Origin: Tepidisphaeraceae bacterium
Lineage (GTDB): Bacteria > Planctomycetota > Phycisphaerae > Tepidisphaerales > Tepidisphaeraceae
DNA: 64,000 bases
NCBI GenBank assembly: GCA_047600945.1
Contig: JASGKC010000001.1
Coordinates: 5,337,209 to 5,401,208 of the forward strand
Direction: 5' to 3'
This document shows positions 39,100-48,324 of the stretch, piece after piece (position 1 is the first letter of the stretch; each line of letters opens with the position of its first letter). Made by a program: the position numbers and the translations under genes. The notes beneath the pieces are model-generated. The model worked only from the letters and a program-made list of their open reading frames with translations, ran no database searches and had not been told where the DNA came from.

Positions 39100-39972
39100 A
39101 TGAGATGGGAAGGCGAACGCGAAAGTGCCAACGTCGAAGACCGTCGCGGCATGAGCCCGGGCATGATGGTCGGCGGCGGCGGGATCGTTACCGTGGTGAT
39201 CGTCCTGATTGCCATGTTCCTCGGGGCCGACCCGCAGCAGGTCCTGCAAAACATGCCTCAGCAGCCGGGCGGCGGGCAGGGCTCGAGCCAAGTCGATCCG
39301 AACTTCAAGCTGTCGCCCGAGCAGGAGAAGCTGGGCAAGTTCGTCTCGGTCGTGCTGGCCGACACGGAAGACGTCTGGACGCAGCTCTTCCGCCAGCAAG
39401 GCATGCAATACGAAGAGCCGAAAATGGTCCTCTTCACCGGCCAAGTGAACACCGCCTGCGGCGGCGCGACGGCGGCGGTCGGGCCGTTCTACTGCCCGGG
39501 CGACCGCAAGGTTTACATCGATCTGGACTTCTACGACCAGCTCAAGCGCCAACTCCACTCGCCCGGCGACTTCGCACAGGCGTACGTCATCGCCCATGAG
39601 GTGGGCCATCACGTGCAGAACCTGCTGGGCACCAGCGGCAAGGTGGACCGTGCCCGCACGCGCGCCAGCGAGGTCGAAGCGAATGAACTGTCCGTCCGGC
39701 TCGAACTCCAGGCCGACTTCTACGCAGGCGTATGGGCGCATCACGCGCAGCGGACCAAGAACATCCTCGAGCCGGGCGACATCGAAGAGGCGTTGAACGC
39801 CGCCCACAACATCGGCGACGACGCGCTCCAGCGGCAGGTCCAGGGCACGGTCGTCCCCGATAGCTTCACGCACGGAACCAGCGCCCAGCGCATGAAATGG
39901 TTCAAGCTCGGCTACGACACGGGCGACATGACAAAGGGCGACACGTTCAGCATCCCCTACAACCGGCTCTGA
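39100..39972 (+). CDS. Neutral zinc metallopeptidase, YpfJ family
   Basis: N-terminal TM, FYCPGDRKVYIDLDFY and HEVGHHVQ (HExxH) motifs characteristic of COG2321/YpfJ. Confidence 0.8.
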   Translation: MRWEGERESANVEDRRGMSPGMMVGGGGIVTVVIVLIAMFLGADPQQVLQNMPQQPGGGQGSSQVDPNFKLSPEQEKLGKFVSVVLADTEDVWTQLFRQQGMQYEEPKMVLFTGQVNTACGGATAAVGPFYCPGDRKVYIDLDFYDQLKRQLHSPGDFAQAYVIAHEVGHHVQNLLGTSGKVDRARTRASEVEANELSVRLELQADFYAGVWAHHAQRTKNILEPGDIEEALNAAHNIGDDALQRQVQGTVVPDSFTHGTSAQRMKWFKLGYDTGDMTKGDTFSIPYNRL

Positions 39973-41030
39973 TCAGCCTTCGACGATGATCCGCGAATGC
40001 TGGTCGACCGACAGGCGCAGCAACGGGCCTTGCTCGATTGAAGCGGTGTATCCGTCGGATGTCGCCTTCAGGTGGATGTCACGGTCGTCGAGTCCGAGCG
40101 AAGCCAGCTCGGTTGCATATCGGCCGAGTTGCTCGCGGTAATGACGCTGGCGGTAGTAGACGTCCATGAGCCGATCGCGCGTGCCGGCCGTCGGGTCGGG
40201 GCGAAACACCGTCGTCGCCGGGCTGGCCGAGAACTGCACGTACCCCCACCGCTCGGGCCGGTGCATGTCGATCACGCCTTGCGGGCTCCAGACCCAGTTG
40301 TCCTCATCGCGCGTCGACTTCGGCACTTTGCGGTACTGCCCGTCGACGATGTCGGCCAGCCACTGCACGCGCGAGAAGTTGATTCGCCACTGATCGCCAT
40401 CGCGCGGCGGCAGTGAGCGTCCGCCCGCAAACGGCGCGAAGCCCGGCCACGGGATGGCGACTTCGACGCGCCAGCCGCGATCGGTGTCACGCGGGTCGTT
40501 CAGCGTGCCGTCGACCCACACCGCCGACCGCAGGCCCGGCCGGTTGTCCGGATCGATCGGCACGCCGCCGTCGCGGTAGGGTCGGGGCAAACTCAGCTCC
40601 CAGGCCGTGTTGTGCGCGTTGACCTCGAACTCGTAGTACCGGTGGTGGTCGCCATCGGGGTCGAGGAAAATCTCGAAATCGTTGTCGTGAAAGATGACCT
40701 GGTTGCGGGTGGTGATGCTGGCCCAGACATGCGGCTCTTCAAGGTCGGCCAGCACGTGGAAATGGGTGGCGGTCCAGAGCATCTTGGCCCGCGTGCGGAA
40801 CCGCGGGGCGGGACGCCGGTCGCCTTCGATGTCGACAAAGTCGTCGGTCCACGGCGCGCCCTCCCAGGCGGGGTCGTCGCCTCGACCGGTCAGCGCGACG
40901 GGCCCGTTGATGAACGGGCAGACGTAGTTTCGGGGAACGATGGGCCGCATGACGGACCAATCGCCGGCGGTGATCGGTTGAGGGGCGAAATCAGGCATGG
41001 GGAGCCCGTGCAGGGTAGCAGCGCGACTGG
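39973..41030 (-). CDS. Carbohydrate-binding family 9-like protein
   Basis: CBM9-like fold signatures (aromatic-rich beta-sandwich, WEGAPWTDDFVDIEG, WRVEVAIPW); only the C-terminal 352 aa of the long ORF is coding, the rest is antisense to serA. Confidence 0.5.
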
Positions 41031-41091
41031 CGTCGTCCATTCGTTTGTCTTGCTTGCCGCGCGGGCCGGGATGCGTAGCATTTCGTGCCCT

Positions 41092-42741
41092 ATGCCACAC
41101 CGTGTGTTGATCGCCGACAAGGTCGCGACTGAAGGTCTCGACCTGTTCAAAGCCCGCGGAATCGAATTCGACGAGAAGTTCGGCCTGAAGGAGGCCGACC
41201 TGGTCGCTGTCGCCGGCGATTACGACGCGATCGTCTGTCGCTCGGGTATCAAGGTGACCAAGCCGGTCCTCGAAGCGGCCGGCAAGGCGGGCAAGCTGAA
41301 GGCGATCGCCCGCGCGGGCGTCGGCGTCGACAACATCGACCTTGAAGCCGCCACCTCGAACGGCGTCCTCGTCCTCAACACGGCCGAGGCCTCCACGCTC
41401 AGCACGGCCGAGCACGCGCTCGCGCTGATGATGGCGCTGGCCCGCAAGATTCCGGCCGCCGACGCCCACGTCCGCAGCGGCCAGTGGAAGCGCAACAACT
41501 ATCAAGGCACGCAGTTGGCCGGCAAGACGCTGGGCGTCGTCGGCCTCGGCCGCATCGGCCGTACCGTCGCGACCCGCGCGCTCGCCATGGAAATGAACGT
41601 CATCGGCTTCGACCCGTTCTTCCCGAACCCGACCGCGCTCGATGGAAAAGTCACGCTCGTCCGCGACTTCGACGAGTTCCTCTCCAAGATCGACGTCATC
41701 ACCTTCCACGTGCCCGGCGGCGCCGACACGAAGCACCTGCTGAACCGCGAACGCCTGTTCAACAAGTGCAAGCCGAACCTGCTGGTGGTGAACGACGCCC
41801 GCGGCGAAGTGCTGGACGAGATCGCGCTGGCCGAGGCGTTGAAGGCCAAGAAGATCGCCGGCGCCGCGGTGGACGTGTACGCGACCGAGCCGCCACAGAA
41901 GGATCACCCGCTGTTCGGCTGCGAGAACGCCGTGCTCACGCCGCACCTGGGCGCCAGCACGGATGAAGCCCAGCAGGCCGTCGCGGTGGCGGCGTGCGAG
42001 GCGATCGCGCTGTTCCTCAGCAAGGGCGAGATCCGCGGCGCCGTCAACGCGGGTGGGCTCAAGCTCGACCTGCCTGACGACGAAGCGTGTCTCGCGACGC
42101 TGGCCCAGCGCATCGGCGCGCTGCTGGCCGGCTATCACGGCGACGAGAGCTTCAAGACCATCACCGTCCGCATGTCCGGTCCGAAGGCCAAGAAGCTGCT
42201 GCCCACGCTCGTGAAACTGGCGGCGGTCGAGTTGCTGTCGCCGCGCATGACTAAGGGATCGGTCAACCTGATCAACGTCGAGACGATCGCCAAGCAGCGC
42301 GGCATCGATCTGTTACAGATCGAAGAACCGACCCCGCCGCAAGGCATGGTCGGCGACATCGTCGGCGTCCGCGTCGCCAGCGCCGACAACGGCGACAAGC
42401 CCGGCGAAACCCATCGCATCCTCGGCACCTGTTACGCCGACCGCGTGCCGCGCGTGCTGCGCATCGATAACTATGCGATGGACATGATCCCCGAAGGCAC
42501 GATGGTGCTGGTCGAGAACAAAGACCGCCCCGGCGTGATCGGCTACCTCGGCAACACGTTCGGCGACGCCGGCGTGAACATCGCCGACATGGTCATCACC
42601 CGCCAGAAGCAGGACGATGGCAAGTTCCACGCCCTGATGGTGGTGAAGACCGACGACGAACCCGCGGCGGAGGTGCTTGAGAAGCTGCGTGCCCGCGACA
42701 ACATCCTCCGCGTGCGCGTGGTGAAGCTGCCGGCGCGATGA
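41092..42741 (+). CDS. serA: D-3-phosphoglycerate dehydrogenase with C-terminal ACT domain
   Basis: NAD-binding GLGRIGR motif, catalytic RG..D and H residues, ASB and ACT domains; 549 aa. Confidence 0.9.
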   Translation: MPHRVLIADKVATEGLDLFKARGIEFDEKFGLKEADLVAVAGDYDAIVCRSGIKVTKPVLEAAGKAGKLKAIARAGVGVDNIDLEAATSNGVLVLNTAEASTLSTAEHALALMMALARKIPAADAHVRSGQWKRNNYQGTQLAGKTLGVVGLGRIGRTVATRALAMEMNVIGFDPFFPNPTALDGKVTLVRDFDEFLSKIDVITFHVPGGADTKHLLNRERLFNKCKPNLLVVNDARGEVLDEIALAEALKAKKIAGAAVDVYATEPPQKDHPLFGCENAVLTPHLGASTDEAQQAVAVAACEAIALFLSKGEIRGAVNAGGLKLDLPDDEACLATLAQRIGALLAGYHGDESFKTITVRMSGPKAKKLLPTLVKLAAVELLSPRMTKGSVNLINVETIAKQRGIDLLQIEEPTPPQGMVGDIVGVRVASADNGDKPGETHRILGTCYADRVPRVLRIDNYAMDMIPEGTMVLVENKDRPGVIGYLGNTFGDAGVNIADMVITRQKQDDGKFHALMVVKTDDEPAAEVLEKLRARDNILRVRVVKLPAR

Positions 42742-42764
42742 CGCAGTCGACCGCGAAATAATCA

Positions 42765-42797
42765 GCGCCCACGGACAGCCGTCCGTGGGCGTTTTTG
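42765..42797 (+). terminator. Rho-independent terminator after serA
   Basis: GCGCCCACGGACAGCCGTCCGTGGGCGTTTTTGTT. Confidence 0.55.
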
Positions 42798-42810
42798 TTG
42801 CCGCGATGGG

Positions 42811-44360
42811 TCACGCCGCGGCGCGGGAGGCCGACCCGGGCGAGTTCGGGAAGGTGCCCTGCTGCTCGATACGTGAAAGCTGGTTGGACACGCGTCCGAC
42901 CGCCAGGCGGATCGTCGAGCCGTCGGCGTTGAGGCGAATGGTGGTGGCCGCCTGCCGGGCGAACTCGGCCAGTTCCTCCAAGCCGTATGCGGTCGCCCGT
43001 TGGACGACTTCTTCCAGCGCGCGCCGATGAGCGTCGGCGAGTTCCGGCGAAAGCGGCGCGTCATGCGCCACCGCGGCGCCGACACGCTCGAGAATCGGCG
43101 ACAATTCAAACGCGAGGCGTGACATCGCGGCGGGATTCAATGACGGAGTGCTCTGCTCGCTCGCCAACGGCGACACGTACGCCGACTTGCCGCGCTGTAG
43201 GGCGTTGGCCACCACCGTCGCCAGGTGTTTTCGGTCGACGGGCTTGGGCAGATAGTCGTTGCAGCCGGATTCCATGCACTTCTCGCGATCGCCCGGCCGC
43301 GTGTTGGCGGTGAGGGCGATGATCGGCTTCTGGAAGCCGCGTCGCCGCATTGCGATCGAGGCCTGGTAGCCGTCCATCTGCGGCATCTGCATGTCCATCA
43401 GCACGAGGTCGACATGGTCGGCCAACTCGTCGTAGCGCGACAGTGCGGAGACGCCGTTGTCCGCCAGTTCGACCGCCAAGCCCATCTTGTGCAGCAGGAA
43501 GCCGAGCAGGCGTTGGTTGTCTTTCGAGTCCTCGACAACCAGCACGCACCCCGTGAGGGCGGGCGGTGCATCGGTCGCCACCGATGCCGGCGGCGTCTGA
43601 ACGGAAGGTGGCGCAGGCTCGGGCGGCTTGTTGGCAATCGGGCCGGCCGTGACCGACGCACTCTGACGCGCTTCCAGCGTCTGCGGGTGCACCCAGTCGA
43701 TCATCGCCTGTGCACTGGTGCGGATGGTGTCCATGGCTTCAGCGCGAGCGCCAATGGTGACGGCGGGATCGACGAGCACTTCGGCGAATCCCGTGATCGA
43801 AGTGACCGCCGTGCGCAGGCGATGCTCCATGGCACTCATCGCTTCGGCCGCGGCACGGGCGGAGATGTCGCGGCTGGTCTGTTCGGCGTGATAGAGCCGC
43901 TGTTGGAGCGTCAGCAGTTCCATCTGCCGTTTGCGCAAGGCCGACGCGTCGGCGAACTCGGCGATCAGCCGACGTTCACCGGCCACATCGCTGAGCCGCG
44001 CGAAGATCGCCTCGACCCAGACAGTTTCGACCGGCGTATCGCCGGCCGACGCGTCGGGGGTCTCCGTGAACGGCTTGAACTGGATCAATTGTGGCGTGGA
44101 GATGCCCGCCTGCATCGCGCAGACGCGCCGCGCCGATAATGTGCGATGTCCTCGTCTGCGACCCGCTGAATGAGGTTCGTACCCAGCAGATTCGCTTCGG
44201 ACGAGAGGCCGAGAATCTTGAGCAACATTCGGCTTGCGTAGGCCACCTTGCCGTCGGCGTCGATCACAGCGATCGCGCGAGGGAATCGCTCAAACGCCGC
44301 CAGCAAATCCGGCGAAAGGGTTTCGGGTGATCGCTCGACTGTCTGGCGTTCCATTCCCAA
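42811..44360 (-). CDS. PAS domain + receiver domain signalling protein; frame interrupted by an apparent -1 shift near 44100-44140
   Basis: N-terminal PAS (ORF 44085-44360: PRAIAVIDADGKVAYASRML...) continues in the other frame (VETVWVEAIF...); receiver domain VLVVEDSKDNQ...[15 protein letters not shown]...ALTA. Confidence 0.6.
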
Positions 44361-44575
44361 CTCTCTCCACTCTGAACCTGCGGGGCTCCAGAGCTAGTTT
44401 CGGTACTTTCCCTGATCGACTCTATCGAGACTGCACAAGCCTTGTGAAGATCGCGGATTTTGGGGCATTCATGGGCGTCGCGCATGGAGTTTTGCCAACA
44501 TTCGATAATGAACGTGCAAATACGTCGCACGTCCTGAGAGTCCGGACGAAATGCGTCGATATGGGGTGCATGGAA

Positions 44576-44944
44576 ATGACGCAGCCGTCGCCATTCAATC
44601 TTGCGGAACTCTGTGAACGGTGCCTCGGCGACTGCGACTTCGCGAAGGAACTCCTGTCGGTGTTCGAATCGCAGGTGCCCGACCGCCTGACGCGCCTAAG
44701 GGCCGCGATGGACGGCAGCATGTTCGGCCACGCGGCCGGCGAGGCGCACGCGCTGAAGGGCTCGGCCGGCAACCTCGCGGCGAAGGACATGCAAACCGCG
44801 ATGGCCGCCCTCGAACGGGCGCTGCGCGACAACGAGATCGAACACGCCCTGGCGCTGCTCGCCCCCGCCCTCGCGACCGCCGAGATCGCACTCGACGCAG
44901 TCCCTGACGTTGTGCGTCAGTTGACCGCCCGCAAGGCCGCCTGA
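44576..44944 (+). CDS. Hpt (histidine phosphotransfer) domain protein
   Basis: HALKGSAGNLAA phosphorylatable-His motif in a four-helix-bundle-like 122-aa protein. Confidence 0.7.
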   Translation: MTQPSPFNLAELCERCLGDCDFAKELLSVFESQVPDRLTRLRAAMDGSMFGHAAGEAHALKGSAGNLAAKDMQTAMAALERALRDNEIEHALALLAPALATAEIALDAVPDVVRQLTARKAA

Positions 44945-44946
44945 AC

Positions 44947-45357
44947 TCACGCCGTCCACTCGAACGACAAGTCACACGCCACGTCCGGATGCAGGCTGTG
45001 GTGCACCGGGCACGCCCGTGCCGCCTGCTCCAGTCGCGTCCGCATGTCAGCCGGAATCTTCGCCGGCAGACGCAGCGTCACGCCCAGCCTCCCGATCCTT
45101 CGCACGGGCTGCTGCACCATTTCCTTCGTCACGCTGACGGTCGAGCCTGACAAATCGACCTGATGCCGCTCGGCCACGATCCCTATCACCGTCATCATGC
45201 ACGCGCCCAACGCCGTGGCGACCAGATCGGTGGGCGAGAATGACCGGCCTTGGCCGTGGTTATCGACCGGTGCATCGGTAATCAGTGTCGCATTGCTCGG
45301 CCCGTGCGTCGCGCTGCAACGCAGGCCGCCTTGATAGGCGAGTTCGATGTGGACCAT
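44947..45357 (-). CDS. OsmC/Ohr family peroxiredoxin-like protein
   Basis: OsmC signatures ALGACMMT and ACPVHHSL with two conserved Cys. Confidence 0.85.
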   Translation of the reverse strand: MVHIELAYQGGLRCSATHGPSNATLITDAPVDNHGQGRSFSPTDLVATALGACMMTVIGIVAERHQVDLSGSTVSVTKEMVQQPVRRIGRLGVTLRLPAKIPADMRTRLEQAARACPVHHSLHPDVACDLSFEWTA

Positions 45358-45455
45358 GCTGGAAGTGTATTCGCTCGCGCCAACAGGCAAAGCACCGGGT
45401 CTTCCCCGCCGATTCACCTGTCCGATTCCCCCGTGCGTGGTACACTCTCCCGCGC

Positions 45456-47513
45456 ATGACTGACCCAGCGGCTGAGGTGTTCGCTCGGGCCATCGGGCTT
45501 CCGGCTGGTGAGCGAGAACAGTTCGTGACCGACTCCGCCCGCGGCGACGACGCCGTGGCCTCTCGCGTGCGCGCCATGCTCGCCGCGTTCGAAGCCGGTC
45601 GATCGAACGGCGATGGTCGCGGCGTCTCTTCAGCATCGATCGATCCGATCGCGACACTCTCCAAGCCGTCGCAGCTCATCGGCGAGACGATCGCGCCCAC
45701 CGGAATGGTGATCGAGGAAGGCACACAGCCGCCCCGCTTCGATGCACCGGGCATGGACCCCATCGTCGGCACCACCATCGGCCCGTACAAGATCCTCCAG
45801 GAGATCGGCGAAGGCGGCTTCGGCTTCGTCTACATGGCGCAGCAGACCGCGCCGATCAAACGAAAAGTTGCCATCAAGCTCGTGAAGCCGGGCATGGACA
45901 CCCGCCAGGTGATCGGCCGATTCGAGGCCGAGCGGCAGGCGCTGGCGATGATGGACCACCCGAACATCGCCAAGGTGCTCGACGCCGGCGCCACCCCCAC
46001 GGGCCGGCCCTACTTCGTGATGGAGCTCGTCAAGGGCGTGCCCATCACCGAGTACTGCGACGCCAACAACCTCACCACCACGCAGCGGATCGAGCTGTTC
46101 ATGTCGGTCTGCCACGCGGTGCTGCACGCGCATCAGAAGGGCATCATCCACCGCGATCTCAAGCCGTCGAACGTGCTCGTCACGCTCCACGATGGCGAAC
46201 CCGTGCCGAAGGTGATCGATTTCGGCATCGCCAAGGCCACCGGCGGGCAGGACCTGACCGACAAGACCGTCTTCACCGAATACCGGCACTTCATCGGCAC
46301 ACCCGAGTACATGAGCCCCGAGCAGGCGGCCATGAGCGGGCTGGACGTGGATACGCGTTCCGATCTCTACAGCCTCGGTGTGGTGCTGTACGAATTGCTG
46401 ACCGGCACGACGCCGCTGAGCGCCAGCCGGCTGCGCTCGGCCAGCCACGCCGAGATTCAGCGCATCATCGCCGAGGACGAACCGCCAAGGCCGAGCACGC
46501 GCGTGAGCGAGACGGCGTCGAAGAAGACGGTTGCCACCGACGGCACCGGCAAGGAATGGACCGCCGAGCAGGTGGCGAAGAAGCGCCGGACCGATTCGTC
46601 ATCGCTGCGCAAGGCGCTCAGCGGCGACCTCGACTGGGTCGTCATGAAGGCGATCGAGAAAGATCGCACGCGCCGGTATGCGACGTGCGGAGCGCTCGTA
46701 GAAGACCTGCGGCGATTCCTGGCGAGCGAGCCGATCATGGCACGGCCGCCCAGCACGGCGTACAAGCTGCGGAAGTTCGCCCGCCGCAACCGCGCAATGC
46801 TCGCGACCGGCGGCGCGGTGCTGTCGGCCCTCGTGTTGACGCTGGCGGCGCTGGCCTACAGCTTCGTGCAGGTGAGCCACGAGCGCGACCTGACTGCCGA
46901 GCGCGAAACCGTTGCCCGCGCGGAGATGCTGCTGAGCACGATGAACTCCGTCCGCAAGTACACGGCCGACAACGTGCGCCCCGCACTTGAGAAGGCCGCC
47001 GGCGATACGAAGGAGTTCGTCCGCGAGAGCGTGCCGGGCTTCTCGGCCCGATCGGTCTTCGAGAACTTCCGCGCCGACCCGCGCTACGCCACGTTCAGCT
47101 ACAAGGAAGCCTCGCTCAATCCGACCAACGCGAAGAACCTCGCGGACGACTTCGAGACGCCGATCCTGAACCGCTACCGCAGCGGCACGATCACGGGCGA
47201 CCTGCAAGGCGTAAAGGACACGCCTGGCGGCAAAGTTTTTTATATCGCGAGGCCGATGCAGATTAAGTCGCAGGCATGCCTCGACTGCCATACCACGCCC
47301 GACACCGCGCCGCCCCGCCAGGTCGAACTTTACGGCCGCGACGGCGGGTACGGCTGGAAGATGCACGAGATCATCGCCGCGCAGATGGTGTACGTGCCCG
47401 TAAGCGACGCCTTCCGCGCCGACCCGACGCGCACCTACTGGGTCATCGGCTCACTCGTCGGCCTGTTCGTACTGGCGACATCCGGCCTGGCGATCGTGCT
47501 GCGGCGGGCGTGA
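45456..47513 (+). CDS. Serine/threonine protein kinase with TM segment and extracytoplasmic CxxCH-containing (DUF3365-like) domain
   Basis: Hanks kinase motifs GEGGFGFVY, VAIK, HRDLKPSNVL, DFGIAK, SPE; TM AMLATGGAVLSALVLTLAALAY; C-terminal domain with QACLDCH and second TM. Confidence 0.85.
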   Translation: MTDPAAEVFARAIGLPAGEREQFVTDSARGDDAVASRVRAMLAAFEAGRSNGDGRGVSSASIDPIATLSKPSQLIGETIAPTGMVIEEGTQPPRFDAPGMDPIVGTTIGPYKILQEIGEGGFGFVYMAQQTAPIKRKVAIKLVKPGMDTRQVIGRFEAERQALAMMDHPNIAKVLDAGATPTGRPYFVMELVKGVPITEYCDANNLTTTQRIELFMSVCHAVLHAHQKGIIHRDLKPSNVLVTLHDGEPVPKVIDFGIAKATGGQDLTDKTVFTEYRHFIGTPEYMSPEQAAMSGLDVDTRSDLYSLGVVLYELLTGTTPLSASRLRSASHAEIQRIIAEDEPPRPSTRVSETASKKTVATDGTGKEWTAEQVAKKRRTDSSSLRKALSGDLDWVVMKAIEKDRTRRYATCGALVEDLRRFLASEPIMARPPSTAYKLRKFARRNRAMLATGGAVLSALVLTLAALAYSFVQVSHERDLTAERETVARAEMLLSTMNSVRKYTADNVRPALEKAAGDTKEFVRESVPGFSARSVFENFRADPRYATFSYKEASLNPTNAKNLADDFETPILNRYRSGTITGDLQGVKDTPGGKVFYIARPMQIKSQACLDCHTTPDTAPPRQVELYGRDGGYGWKMHEIIAAQMVYVPVSDAFRADPTRTYWVIGSLVGLFVLATSGLAIVLRRA

Positions 47514-47727
47514 TTCCGACTTGACTACTCTTAGAACCCCACGTCCCGCGGCTTCTCGCCCGGTTTCGGCGGGTTCGCGTCCATCCATTTCGGGGCCAGC
47601 GTCAGCAGTTGGATCGCGACGATCACGCCGACCAGCAGCAGGCACGCCAGCACGTACAGAATGGTTCGCAGTCGTGGCACGCAGCGAATCATGAACGCTC
47701 GATCGGGCGAAGTAAACCGGGCGTCGT

Positions 47728-48264
47728 TCACAGCGTGTCGACGCGGACGTTCGTGTTCGCGTAGACGCACGCCTGGCCGGCCAACTTGACGCTTTCCACG
47801 GCGATCTCTCGCGCACCCATCTGCGTGTGGGCCAGCAGCGCCCGCGCCGCGGTTGCGGCCATGGCGCCCGCCGTGCCGATGCCGGCGATGCCGTCTTCCG
47901 GATCGATCACGTCGCCGCTGGGCGCGAGGATCAGCGTCGAGCTGTAGTCGGCCACCAGCAGCGTCGGCTCGAGGCCGCGCAGCACCGGGTCGGTGCGCCA
48001 CTCCTTCGCCAGTTCTGCCGCCGCCTTGCGGAGGTTGCCGTTGGCGCCGACCAGCTTGTTGTCCAGCCGATCCAGCAGCACAGCCACCTCGCCGGTGCTG
48101 CCCGTGACGCCAAGCAGGATCTTCCCGCCCGCGAGTTTGCGCAGCTTCAGCGCGTCGTTCTTCACGACGACATCGTTCATCGTCACCTGCCCGTCGCAGG
48201 CCATCGCGACTTCCATGTTCCGCCGGACACACAGCACCGTCGTCGATCGAACCACCATTGCCAT
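47728..48264 (-). CDS. hslV: ATP-dependent protease subunit HslV
   Basis: Strong similarity to HslV throughout (TTVLCVRRN, GDGQVT, AGFAG-like GVTGSTGE, ELAKEWRTD, GSGG-like GIGTAGAMA). Confidence 0.9.
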   Translation of the reverse strand: MAMVVRSTTVLCVRRNMEVAMACDGQVTMNDVVVKNDALKLRKLAGGKILLGVTGSTGEVAVLLDRLDNKLVGANGNLRKAAAELAKEWRTDPVLRGLEPTLLVADYSSTLILAPSGDVIDPEDGIAGIGTAGAMAATAARALLAHTQMGAREIAVESVKLAGQACVYANTNVRVDTL

Positions 48265-48324
48265 TCCGCCTCCCGTTCTGCGAGAACTCCCCCTTCACCG
48301 CCGCGCAGCTTATTCTCAGGCCGC

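Noticed and set aside
39973-42138. 721-aa minus-strand ORF
   Set aside because: Only the C-terminal ~352 aa (39973-41030) are protein-like (CBM9-like); the N-terminal half is antisense to serA and Arg-rich. Trimmed to the ATG at 41030.
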